A program made the translations under genes and the position numbers. Below are positions 36,142 to 48,959 of a DNA stretch of 64,000 bases, piece after piece; the first letter of the stretch is position 1, and each line of letters begins with the position of its first letter. The stretch spans positions 5,496,344 through 5,560,343 of the forward strand of contig MU058844.1 in the NCBI GenBank assembly GCA_013265495.1, given 5' to 3'. Below the pieces are notes generated by a model, which made no database searches, had not been told where the DNA came from, and saw only the letters and a program-made list of their open reading frames with translations. Source of the stretch: Vicugna vicugna (taxonomy: Eukaryota).

Positions 36142-36720
36142 AGTAAGAAACTTAAAAAATACAAATAATAAAAAGAAGGAATTTCCTCCATAATCTAGAG
36201 GTTATCACTGTTAATGATATTTTAATATGTCCTCCTAGTATTTCATATTTATTACATATATTTTAAATTTATTATATATATAGTCATGTTTTAAACTTTC
36301 TCATGTAAAAATAAACTTTGATTATCTTTCAATATGATTAAATATTCTTTTTCAAAGTCATTTAGGAAGGCTAACTAGCATCCTATTCTATATATGTACC
36401 ATAAGATACTTAATCATATCCTTGCTTCTGGACATGCAGTTTGCTTCAAATTCTTTGTGTATGCTCATGCATATGATGATACTGCTGTGATGCAGATTCT
36501 TGCCTCTACATATTATGTATCTTTTTTAGCATTTTCTTTTAATAGGAATTCTAGAAATAAAAATGCTGTGTCAAAGCAAAATGTAGGCACATTTACTACT
36601 ATCAATCTGTGTTGTTAAACTGAACCATAGGAAGGCTGTACCAATGTATGTTCACACCAACAGGGTATGAGAGCAGTCATTTCCCTCTCCTCACTACTAA
36701 ATTTTGTAACTTTAAAAGAA
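36060..36720 (-). mobile_element. Old L1ME-like 3' fragment with (TG)n at ~36106-36137
   Basis: ccataatctagaggttatcactgttaat; ggacatgcagtttgcttcaaattc; ggctgtaccaatgtatgttcacaccaacagggtatgagag. Confidence 0.65.
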
Positions 36721-36789
36721 TTGCACAATAAGAAATAATTTATTTGGGAACAATTCAGAATTTTATTTTAAATGTAAAATTAATTATAA

Positions 36790-36980
36790 TTAGTTAGACC
36801 CTATGAGTTTAATTCTTTTTCCCATTACTTAGAAGCTGGGAACTTAGGGAGAATGCTTCAATCACTGTGCCTCAGTTTCTTTAAAATGAGGTAATAATAA
36901 CACAATGTTTTGTGAGGATTGAATTAGGTGACACACTGAGAGGAATTTTGGTGTACAGTTATTATCTAAAACTTTCTGCT
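36790..36980 (+). mobile_element. MIR SINE
   Basis: ctgtgcctcagtttctttaaaatgaggtaataata...gtgaggattgaattag. Confidence 0.75.
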
Positions 36981-37540
36981 GCTGCCGCCGATGGTTCAGT
37001 AGCATGAAAATCACGATGGTCACGTTAGCATATTTCTTTGTGTCAATTTATATTTACAGCATGCTTATCAAGAAAAATTTCCGTAAAAGTTGTACCCAAA
37101 ATATCAGTTCTCTCATTTCCTTCTGCTGCTTTTCTATTGAAGTAGAATATCTATAGGGACACTCAGCATTACTGAAAACACTTTATAATGTTTATTGTTT
37201 AAAGAAATATATGACCAGAGACAGATCGAAAAATAGAAAACTACAGACTTTTTAATAATATATAGACTCTGTCTCACACAATTATGCTTTTTTTCATAAA
37301 ATCCTTTTAAATTAATGACTAAAAATTTATTACTATGTATATTACTATGTGGTGTATAATATGTATTACATGATCTATACTATATATGTTAATAAATACA
37401 TAATACATTCAGTAATAATACATAAACATAATACCTACAGCTTATATATATGCAGATATATATATATATACACACATACACACACACACACACACAGTCC
37501 AAATAGTCTCATGATAATAATGGAAAGACATCAATTTTAT

Positions 37541-37942
37541 TTATTTATTGTTTAAAATGTTTAAATTGAGGTAACATTGACTTATAGCATTATGTGTTGT
37601 GTACAACACTACATTTCTAATTCTGTGTCCTCTACAATGTGCTCACCATTAGAAATTTATTTTCCATTCATCACCATACAGTAAATCCCCTTTACTCATT
37701 TCACCCTCTCCACCACTACCCCTACCCTCAGGCCTCTTACCCTCTGGTAACCACTACTCTGTTCTCTGTATCTTCATGTTTATTTTTCTTTGGTTTGGCT
37801 TGTTTATTTACTTTACTTTTGTTTGTTTATTAGTTGTTTTATATTCTACATGTGAGTGAAATCATATGGTATTTGTCTTTCTAATCTGACTCATTTTACT
37901 TAGCTCAGGGTCCATCCATGTTGTTGCAAGTGGCAACATTTC
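37541..37942 (-). mobile_element. L1 3' end (L1MA-like/laurasiatherian)
   Basis: ccctctggtaaccactactctgttctctgtatc; gtgagtgaaatcatatggtatttgtctttct; TSD aagacatcaattttat (37525-37540) / aagacatcagtgttat (37943-37958). Confidence 0.9.
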
Positions 37943-38089
37943 AAGACATCAGTGTTATAATGCAAATTATTCAGTGTGTCTTAAACCTGAATTTGCTTTA
38001 AGTGTGTATATAAACTCCTTGTCAATTATTATGTTTCCATTACTCCATACAATTATTTTTAGGTGATCATTCTGATTCCAAATTCCATT

Positions 38090-38345
38090 TAGCAATGATT
38101 TATAGAGTGCATACTGTGTTCTGAGGGTTATGCTGAGCACATTTTTCTTCTACTTTATCTTATTTAATCACTAAAACAAACCTTTGCATCAGTGCAGCTT
38201 TTATCCCCATTTTTCAGTTGAGGAAGTTAAATTTTAATAAGTTTAAGAAGTTTATCAATGATTACACAGCAAGTAGGTAGGATTACTAGGATTTGAAAAC
38301 AAGCATTCTGACCTTGAATTTAGTTCTTAATTTCCAAGTTATTCT
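38090..38345 (-). mobile_element. MIR SINE
   Basis: tatttaatcactaaaacaaacc...ttatccccatttttcagttgaggaag...cacagcaagtagg...ggatttgaa. Confidence 0.8.
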
Positions 38346-40819
38346 ATCCTTCTTATACGGTTTATTACTTTCAAAATGCATACTAACATATATTCAATAA
38401 AAAGCTGAATTTATAACTCGTAATTTATATTTTAATGTACTTTTAAGATGTTTGATCAACTAATGTGTGTTTGAGCACCTAATTTTCATGCTGTATTTTA
38501 ATTATTGACTAGTTAGAAATTGAAGAAACCACTTTGTATTTACTTTCTGCAGTACAGGGAAGAACAAACACAATGAAGTAGTCCACAGCTTGGAAAAGTG
38601 CAAAGATAAGGTACAAAATATGCATAATTTTGAATTCAACATTAATCTGGCCTTATCTCCACATGCCTCAGTGGGAAACCTCTATTTACTATTAAACAAT
38701 GGGCCTTCATAGAAGAAAAAAAAAGTCAGTATAGCCAGAGTGTGAATTTTCTTGAGTAAAATGGAGAGCATTTATCATTTATGCAGTTCATAAAATCAGT
38801 TTAACCTCCCCAGACATGAGTGTGTATTTATAATTTAGATACTTAATTACTTCTAGCCAAGAGGGAGGCTTAAACATTTCTGTCCCTGACTTTCTGTTTG
38901 CTAAAGAAAGAGATCTCATTATAATAGTCTATCCTGGAGAGACTTTGGAGATCAGAAGGGAGTATTGAATTGTATAGCGGCAAAGGGGAAAAATATATAT
39001 AGCATAACCTTGTTTTTCAGTTCATCCATTGATAGAAATCTCTGGTTTCTTTTGCACAGTGAATTCCTATTATCTGAATTCTCCATAGTCTGAAACAGAC
39101 TTTGTGAACTATCATGGTTCAAGTATATTTGGTATGAAAAGGCCCATTGTCACATCTGAAATGTCTAGTATTTCCTTCCACTTGTAATTACTTGTTAAAG
39201 GTAGACTTTATTCATTAAACCAGAAAGGCTTGAGTATGGCTCTATCTTAGAAAAACAGATTTAGAAAGTCTTAATATGGACTTTAATAATAACTGATGTA
39301 GTAAGCAGAATTTCTACTCTTTTAAAAATAATACTAGTAGCACTGTTGTTATTTTAATTAATCCTCCTAACTCTGCTCTACACAATTTCTCAGTGTTCTT
39401 AAAGCCAGTAAATGGAGGATTCTTAGACTTTTTATTCCAAATTGTGACTTGGTTGTTACGATAGGTTCAGGATCTTTTCTTAGTTGTGACATTGTTTTCT
39501 TCATCTATCTCTCAACATTTTGCTTTAGGTATGAGGAAACAGAATCAGTGATGAATGGTATGCATGAACAAAGGATCTATATCTGAAATCTTAGGAGTTT
39601 TGTTTCTTTTTCCCTTCTCTTTTTCCAGAATCTTTTTAGATATGTGCTAACTTTATCTGAAAAAGAAATATTTTCTAGGACACTGGCACTAAAATGAAGA
39701 GTCTATCTCTCTTTAAGTCCTGACTCTTTGCCTCTTTCCTGACAATAAATTAAAGCATAATCAGTATTCAGATTACAATATTGATTTACTCATAGTTTGT
39801 CATTGCCGCTCATATAGGTGTCATCTCAGATTTAAGACAGTCTTTTCACTCCCACTTAGGATGAAAAAATTATCAGTATCTAGGTTCCTCCTCTCTTCCG
39901 CTCTTTCTCCATGTTGTATCTATTTATCTACTATCCAATAATAAGATTTCTTTCATTTGAAAGATATTTCTCCAGTTGTTACTTTCTGTTTGTCTTTTTT
40001 ATTAATTTGGACCTTAACTGAGTATTTTGTGACTGAAAGTTTACACTTGTACATCCCTTAGGCAATGATTATTTTATAAGACTATACTCAAAATTACTTC
40101 TAATATGGAAGTTGAATTTGCAAAAATCTTAATTTGTACTAAAATTATTTGTTACAAGGTCTATTCCTCCAGAATATATATTAAAATTACTATAGTAGAA
40201 CACTTAGGACTTATTAACTAGAGGAAAATATTTTTATTACAATTAGATTTTAGCTATATAATAAAAGTTGAAAATAATTTACATATTGATGGATGAAAGA
40301 AATTACAACTTCCTTTTCCTTGTGCAAGCTTTCATTTATGAACACAGACTTAACTGAGCTTAATACCATACTTAGATGAAGATGAGACTTCCACAACCTT
40401 TGGTGTCCGAGAAACAACTGTGAGCTCAGCAGGAGGTAAAAAGCCCTCTGACCGCCTATGAACATAGTTGCTAAAGACCCTAAACTTCCTTAGGTGCTTG
40501 CCTTCAGCTAATTTACTGAAAATTCTATACAAAGTTAAGTCTTTCATAGGCTTGATGTAGGGAGAGAAGCAGAGAAACAAAAATGAATAAATTTATATTA
40601 TTATTTTGGTATGAATATATGGATGAAAATGATACAGTTTTTAATACATCATTATTACAATAATAACTGTGATAATATATGTTTCAAAAAAGCAAAGACT
40701 ATAAAGTTGCAAACATTTATAACATGGTATAAATTATGTCCTTTGACTATTGAATTAAGTCTAAATAGTCTATATTTTCTACATTGGACATCAAAGTATT
40801 TAAAAATCAGTAAAGATAC

Positions 40820-41280
40820 TGTATCAGTTTAGAATAAGGTTCAGCTCATAAGAGTGAAAAAGCAAGTAAGTGGCATGGACAACCCAGAGATTTATTTCTC
40901 TCTTAATTATAAAATCTTGGCCTTGGCTAATAAGTCCACATTTGGTGGAGGTGGAGGGTAGGCTACTTACTTCTCTATACCATTTCAACATGAAATTCCT
41001 TCAAGTTCATCAGAAATGCAAGATAAAGTCCTGTTGTCATATGTAAATTTTAGAGAAGTAAAAAGAAAGACAAGAAACAGAAGACACAAAGTGTACAACT
41101 CCCATATGAGTCAGTTACATTTAAGCACTTTTCCTGGGAGACACCTATTGCCCATCTCTAGGTATAAGGAAGACTGGGAATTATAGTCTTTTAGGTAGGC
41201 ATGTAACTTTTGAAGAAATGCAGTTTGATTAACTAGCAAGAAAACATGGCAGAATGGAGACAGTGCAACTAACTAGTAGT
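40820..41280 (-). mobile_element. MaLR solo LTR (MLT1J/K-like)
   Basis: tgtatcagtttagaataaggttcagct start; aaggaagactgggaattatagtctttt. Confidence 0.7.
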
Positions 41281-42087
41281 CATTTTTAAATAGCTTTAAC
41301 TTAGTTAATTTAGAACGTTAAGCATTAGAAAGAGCACTGAGAAATTATCCACGTGCTCTAGAATTTCACAACCTATAGAGGTGTTAGTTGCATAGTTTTG
41401 TAAAGCCATAGGACTAGCATTAGAAAGGACTCCACAGACTGTGCAGATGCTCATTGATTAGATGAGGGAATAGAGGTCCACAAAGACTGGATTGTCTGAC
41501 CTCTCAGCATCAGAGCTGGGAAGAGAACTCCATCTCCTTATTCAAGTTTAGTTGTACATGATTTGTAAAATGTGTTTACAAATTTTGTTATATGATAAAG
41601 AGACATTAAAAGTCAATTAATTGATCTGAATGGCAGACAGAAACAATTTAATTTCAAAGTAAGGAATGGTGGGGCATGCTTGCACATGGTTATACATCTT
41701 TAGTATTTTGTCATTAATAAAAGGCATCATTAAAATTTTTAAAGGACTATGAAAAGGGGGAAGTAATATAACTTAGCATTTAAATTTTAAGGTTTTTTTT
41801 TTCCAGTGTTTTATATAATTTATATGTGGGCAAGTATAAGAAAATTAATAGAACCCTGAAAACTTAAATCATATGTTTAACTTTTAAGATTTATGTTTAG
41901 AACTGATTAGCAGAAAAATATAAGACAAGACGGTGGATGTGAATTGGCATCATACTCATGTGGGTTAAAAGCCCAGCTATGCCTTCCCTAGGTGTAAACT
42001 TTACACTGGGAGAAAAACTGAATACTGTTTCCACTGTTCCTGTAGGAGGAAAGGAACTTTATGCAAACACAGTTTCATGTCAAGAAT

Positions 42088-42631
42088 TATTTTAGTAATC
42101 TACTTCTGTGTAACAAATAATCTCAAAGATTAGTAGTAAAAAAAAAAATTTATTATCTCATGGTTTCTATGGGTCAGGAATCCAGGTGCTGCCTAGGTGA
42201 GTCATTGGTTCTCATGAGGCTGCAGCCATTTCAAGGCTCAGCGGAAGAAAAAAAACAAGTTTTTTATGTCATGGCTGTTGGCAGGATTCAGTTCCTTGCT
42301 GACTGTTGTGAGGCTTTAGTTGCTGATTCTTGGCCAGAAGACTTCCTCAGTTTCTTGCCCTGTATACCTCTCCACAGAGCATCACATAACATCAGGGCAA
42401 GTAAGCAAGAGAACAGGAGAGAATGCCAACGAGATAGAGCTTGCTAGCCAAACAGAAGACATGATCTTCTGTAACTTAATCATAGAAGGGACAGCCCATC
42501 ACTTTGACTTTTTCTGTTATTTAGAAACAAGTCTCTAGGTCCAGCCTACACTTAAGGAGAGGCATCACACAAGGATGTAAATATCAGGAAGCAAGTACCA
42601 CTGGACACCATCTCAGAAGCTGCCTACCACA
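42088..42631 (-). mobile_element. MaLR solo LTR (MLT1F-like), full length, inside L2
   Basis: tgtgtaacaaat...tttattatctcatggtttctatgggtcaggaatccagg; ggctgttggcaggattcagttccttg; end ccatctcagaagctgcctaccaca. Confidence 0.88.
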
Positions 42632-43640
42632 GGACTGACTGAAGCAGCAAGGAAGCCAGTGTGGCTTGAACTGAGGATGAGGAAATTTGTAAAGGAGGAT
42701 ATTGGAGAAATAACAAGAGTTAGATTCATGTATATACATTACCTAATTATAGAACTTGGAGTTTGAAGTGAAGGTAGAGCAGTCATAGGATTTTGAGCAG
42801 AGGTGACTGACATAATGCAACTTACATTTTTGAAAGACATCTCAGGCCCCTGCATTTATATATTAATAAAATTTGATATATATGTAAAATATATATTTAT
42901 ATGGGAATAGGGATGGTTGGAGTAAAGAGATAAGTTATGAGACTCCAGAAGGAATTTAGGAAGATGTGATAGTATATTGGGTACAATGCTAGAAATGAAA
43001 AATTGAATGATTGTCTTCAGGAAAAATATTTAAAACAGTTAAGATGAGCGTATGCGATTAAGAGATACAAATGACTATGTATGAAGTAGATAAGTAATAC
43101 AGATATATTATACAGCACAGGGAATATACCACTATTTTGTAATAATTTGAAGTATAGCCTATAAAATATTGAATCATGATGTTGTACACTTGAAACTAAT
43201 ATAATAGTAGACCAACTATACTTCAATTGAAAAAATAGAGTTAAGAAGATTTTATGATAGACTAAATGGCCAGTATGAAGGAAAAAGAAGATCAAATGTA
43301 ATTCCAGTTTTTGACCTTAAAGTTTCTTGGCCAGTAAACCTACAAGGATAGAGTTACCATCAGCTGCCATGGGAAAAGTCGTATTTGTAGTAGGTTGTCT
43401 TTTGGGGAGGAGGGATCGAGTAGTTCAGTTTTGAATATAAACACAAACACATAGTGGAAGTGCCAAGTAGACAGTAGAGTATACCGATTTTGAGTTAAGG
43501 AAATACTTTTTTGGCCGTGCGTATACATTTGAGACATGCCACTGTTTACCTAAAAAAATAGAGGGGAGAATAGCAAGGGGATAGAGAACTACAAGTATAG
43601 AACCTTAGTCATCCAACATTTAATAATGTGGAGAAAGATA
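42632..43640 (-). mobile_element. L2 LINE fragment
   Basis: aaggaagccagtgtggcttgaa; ggattttgagcagagg; agttcagttttgaata; ccaacatttaa. Confidence 0.75.
43046..43236 (+). mobile_element. Cetartiodactyl L1 3' end nested in L2
   Basis: tacagcacagggaatatacc...gttgtacacttgaaactaatataat...caactatacttcaatt; flanks aaaacagttaaga / aatagagttaaga. Confidence 0.85.
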
Positions 43641-44649
43641 AAAATCTAATTCAGAGTAAATAACAAAGATGCTTCCTTTTTAAATTAACTTGAGCTTTTC
43701 CTAATCTACCATGGAACTACTTTGGCTCAAGAGCTATGGTACATTTAGATTTCTCCGAATTAAGAGAGACTATTCCCTTGTTTTCAAGTGCAAGCCTGGA
43801 AACATTATTTCAGCTGGTAGTACAAAAGATAAACACTTCTCAATTGAATATAAAGCTATTTTCAGTTATTACCTATTCATTAAATTATCTATCTGAAAAT
43901 ATGTATTTATTTTTACAGAACTATATATTCAACATATAAACATATAAATTATACAATGATTTATAACATGTAAAAAAGAAAATTCTGAATTAACTCTTTG
44001 AATTATTACATATATTTGTGTATGTATATGTATAATTTAAAATATGGACTCAGAATGTTATTAAAAAGGTCCAAATATAACACTGATTATAAAATACAGA
44101 AGTTATTTTACAGTCTGAAAGTACACAACACAAAACTCTTCCTAAAGGCTGATGTGATGCTACTTCATTGTGTCCTGTTGTATTGCCACCCTCAACATGG
44201 AACTTCCTTCTCTGGGTCTGAGACAGCTACTGTGACTCTCCCATCATGTGCACACTAAGACTTTGGGGAGGAGAAATAAATAAGGTCTTTTTTTCTTTTA
44301 AGGACACAGATGGGAAGTTGAATATGTTGCTTTCATTTATTTTCCCTGGCCCTAAACTAGTCTTTGATCACATGGGGCTTCTAAGAATGATGAGAAATAT
44401 AATCTGTAGGTACATTAATGAATTTAGGGGGAGTTACCAGTTTTCGATGTCAGCTAGGAAAGCATTAGCCATAGCAAAGTCTTACGGTACTATATGTGAA
44501 TAAAATACAGAAATATTATTGATGTCTTATATTCAATTTAGTAAATGCACATAAATATCTGCAGATTAGTGAAAAGTATACAACCTGGAATTTTATAGAT
44601 ATAAATAGAAATTAGGTGGGTTTCTAAATACTTAGTAGCATATAGAAAT

Positions 44650-44910
44650 GAAAGTATGCTTTCAGGAGAAAGAGCACAGGCCATTGATACAGAAAACCCA
44701 GAGTTGATCCTTGACTCCATAATTTACCAGCTACTTGACTTATGGTAAATTACCTTATTTATATGAGACTCAGTTTTCTCAACTGCAATAAAGGGTAAAC
44801 AGTAATTCTACTGCCTCTCTCAAGGAGTTACTAGATGATCCAAGAAAGTATTGTGGATGTTGAAGCATTTTATATAGTACACTGTATTATGTAAATAAAA
44901 TATATTATTT
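44650..44910 (+). mobile_element. MIR SINE, near full length
   Basis: gaaagagcacaggcc...ttaccagctacttgacttatggtaaattac...ctcagttttctcaactgcaa. Confidence 0.8.
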
Positions 44911-46839
44911 GTATATGAATAGTAAACTGACTTGACTCACATCAGGATCATAAATTTGTTTGCCAAAAGTAAGTGAAATGGTATTAGTACTTAATAAATA
45001 ATCGATTAATTCTTATTTTTACAGAGGGGAACAATAATATTCTTTGTGTAAATGCTAATTCAATATTAATAATTTTATAGAATATATTCTCTGTAGAGAA
45101 ATGAATTCAGTAAACAAATAGAAAGTAGTTCTTTGGAAAAAACTGAAGATATTTCGATAGATTTATTTTGTTTTTATAAATGTTGAAGGATTAGATCTTG
45201 AGGAGGTTATTTTCATAAACATTTTCTGTAAGAACATCTGCAAAAATTTGAATGCACAATCATCAAAGTAAAATTTTAGTGCAAATGAATTAGGTGTAAA
45301 CTGAGAGTATAGATGGTCGTTTGAAAGGCTGATGTTACAATCAAATATAAGCAGGTGCACATATTTGAATGATCATTACTTCCATATTCAGTAATTTCAA
45401 TATAAAATCATTTTAAGAAGTATAGATGCAATTTTCTGTATCCTCACTGCTTATCTGTTCTTACTTAAATACTGCAAATGATTCTTTAATGTTTAAGTAA
45501 ACAATTTGCCTCTAACTTTAGAGAGTTTCATTAGATTAGCAGAAGACTGAGCAGCAGCCCTGTATGACAGTCTGTGTAGTTAAACTGCCCCATATTCTCC
45601 AAATCACCTAGTAAACTTTGCTTAAAATCATCAATGAGGTATCAAGGAGAAAAGCCATGTAAAGCTACTTCCCAGTCATACCATCTTACAGTGCGACAAC
45701 ACCTGTGAAGAAGCTAGATGATGAACCAAACTTAAAAAGTACCTAGAGAGAAGGCTGGCTAAATTAAAAACTCATTATCACCATGTTGCTGATTTCTTAA
45801 GTAATAACAACATTTCTGAAATAGCATAAAGAACTGGATATAACTAGTTAATTATAAGAAAACTGTAACATACTGATTTAAATAAAGAATTTTATTATGC
45901 ATTTTAAATCTTACGTTGTTCCTTCATTTCTACTTATCAGTGTCTGCAGATCATAGTTCCAGTAGATACAGATGCACAAAAAATTAGCCAAATAAGGTAG
46001 TATTTTACTTAACATAAGATGGGGAGTTATATGATCATTCTCTTTTTTACTATATTCATTAAGCACATAATTATTATGTTTGTATTCTTGCTGTACATGG
46101 TGGATACTAAGCAAGGAATTAAAACAAAGTTCTTAAAATTAAAAGTTCAAAATGAAAATGTTATGGGTGAATCTAACATAATTTATGGGTCAGGAAAGAT
46201 ATGCCTGAAAAATTAATCTTTAAGTCAAGTTCTGATGGAGAAATAGGAGCTTGCAAAGACAAACTCTGAAAAGGATATTAGGGATAAGGTGTCCGTGGCA
46301 AGGGTGATAACATATAGAGAAGCCTAGAGGCAAAGGAAATTCCAGATGTGTGTCAGAAACTATAGAAAATTGAATAGAACTTGGACCCAGTGCAAAACTG
46401 TTGAAAGATAGGAAAGAAATAATCTACTCTGGGCAAGATAGCATGCAAAATAAGATCCCAAGCAAAATATTGACTAATACAGATTTCCATTATGTGGACA
46501 GTTTTTCTTATTTTTCAAATGATTATTCAATGTTGTATTTTTTAAATTTAACTTCTTCTTTTAGATATTTTGATGAAAATTCTATAATGAATGTATGGCC
46601 ATTAAGTTAATTTCTTCTCAGTTGCCCCTACCTACACAAAACAAAAAAGAACAGAGGATCTCAGCTGGACTCTAGACCCAATAAGAGTTGGTTCTGTGTC
46701 CAATTTGTTGCAACCATCAGAATTGCAGGCCTGGATCCCGGAGGGCATGAAAATGCCACAGACCTAGTCACTGCAAACAGAGGTGTTCCAAATGCTGTTT
46801 GTTGTCAGTGTTTTCTATCATCCGTCTCCATCTTCTCCA

Positions 46840-46960
46840 CCAGATCATGATTTTATCTTGAAGGCAGGAGCCACGTCTTATTCATCTTTATAAGCAATTC
46901 AATACTAAGCACAGTGCCTGAAAGTAACAGGTGCTCAGTAACTATTTATTGAATGAATGG
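46840..46960 (+). mobile_element. L2 3' terminus
   Basis: tgaaggcaggagccacgtcttattcatcttt...agcacagtgcctg...aggtgctcagtaactatttattgaatgaat. Confidence 0.85.
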
Positions 46961-48959
46961 CTACATTTTTTTTAAGTTTGAAAAATTCTTATAAGTAAAT
47001 TCTAACAGTGTATTTCCTCATGTAGAACAACTATTGCTAAAGACACATTATGTTTAATATATTCCAGAAAGTCACAAGCCCGTTTTATAGTGAACTAAAC
47101 TTCTGTTATATCAAGGAATGCATGCAATATCAGTTATTTTAATGCCCATATTAGTTTAAACTGAGCCTTTCACCATCTGTTCCAACTCTTTAAACCGTGG
47201 ATGCAAAAGAACACATTCCCCTATTACATTTGTAAAATGTAATATATAAATGATTTAAATACAGTTATATACTCTATATACTCATGAAGTAATGCTGCAT
47301 GCAGCTGGAATGGGGCTCCCTTATGTTACAAACAGAAATAATAAAGCAGAAAGCCTGCTTATTCCTGACACAGAGTCTGAGGCTCTATGACTTTTTGTAA
47401 TAGCACTGGAAGGTCAGGTGTTGACTATAGCACAAAACTGATTTTTCTCAGTAACGAATTTCATTTATAAACTACAATTCCGCCCATCCTCATTTTGTTA
47501 AACTGTTCATGAGTGCATTTTAATTTCTCTAAGAAATTCACATAATTCTCTGAAGTCCTTGGATAATGTCCCTATTGGAATTCTGAGTGCACTTTGTGAA
47601 ACTTTATCGATTTTGCTGTGGATTCTTTGCACTGAGGCATAAAGTCCCACCAAAATAATTGTTTACTGAGACCGATTATAGTCATCCATATAACCAGTGG
47701 CAAGAAGACATTTTAAAATTTAAGAAACATGTTTTATTTGGCCTACTAACATTGATAACTTACTGCAAAAATAATCAAAAAGGAAAATAAAATGTGTACT
47801 TTAGTGCTGTTTGTCATATCTGTATCCATTCACAATGATAAACATGTGAATGGGTTTGAGACCTACAATTTTCCAGAGAGCTATATTCATGGAAAGGACA
47901 TGAAGCATAATAAGTATGTATGCTTTATACTTTAAGGGGTAGAGGAACAAGAGTTGAGGGAAAAAACACGCCAAGACTTTAAAACTCTTTTGCACTGTGT
48001 TCAGAGAACATGTTTTCCCTCCCCCACCACAAATAGAACGAGACATGTCTCATCTGCATGTAACTGATAATGTATGCAATTTCTGCCATGGCCTAGTTAA
48101 TTATTGATATTTAGTGACAGTATTTTTTAATATAGCAAGGACAAAAAATTTAAGTATCATTTCTGTGAATTTGACTGGTGGCTCTCAAACGCTTTATTTA
48201 CAAAATACATTGCTCAGGGAAGAAAAACCTAACAGACTGTATTTTACCTACTGGAGTTAGCTACAGCTTTATAGACAGTCTTTAACATGCTGTTTTTTAT
48301 TATTCAAGATAAACTCTACACCTATAAACACATAATACAGACACAGACACAGACACAGGCACAGGCACACACACTATCCTGTAATGTGGCATAAATATTT
48401 TAAGACTATAGGAAGTAGTTCAGAAAAAGGCCATAGAAATTCTGTCAGAAAAAACAGCTGGATATTAAGTTTAAATGTGATATTCTCAATGTATTATTTT
48501 CTATTTAAGTGACAATTTAACTACCTGTACAATGTTGGTGTATTTTTGCTTTTTCCTGATTCCATAATCATAACGCTAAAAATGGTGTTCTGTTGAATTA
48601 GGCAGCAGAGACCCACCATAGGACAGTTTGCCTCCTCCTGCTATAACTCCTGTGGAGGAGATTGAAGTGTTTAGAGAACAGATGTATTTCATACAAACTC
48701 AGCCGCTTTACCACTCAAGATGTTTCTAGGGTTGAAGAATTGAATTATAAGTCTTCAAAACATAATGTCAATATCTAAGTAAATAAAGGTGTCTGAAAAC
48801 CATCAAATATAAGGGATAAACATTTTAAAATAGGAGGCTACTGAAGAGTGGGTTCTTTATATAATAGTTGGTGTTATGTATTCTTTATTCAGATAAATTA
48901 TTACTCTAAGCCTCGGTTTCCTTACTGTCCCAGGTGAGAGCAGAGGAGACAAGGAAAGG

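Noticed and set aside
40376..40435. Assignment of the Ser/Thr-rich exon candidate to a mucin-like gene such as EMCN
   Set aside because: Only compositional resemblance; no signal peptide, transmembrane or other matching exons were found in the window.
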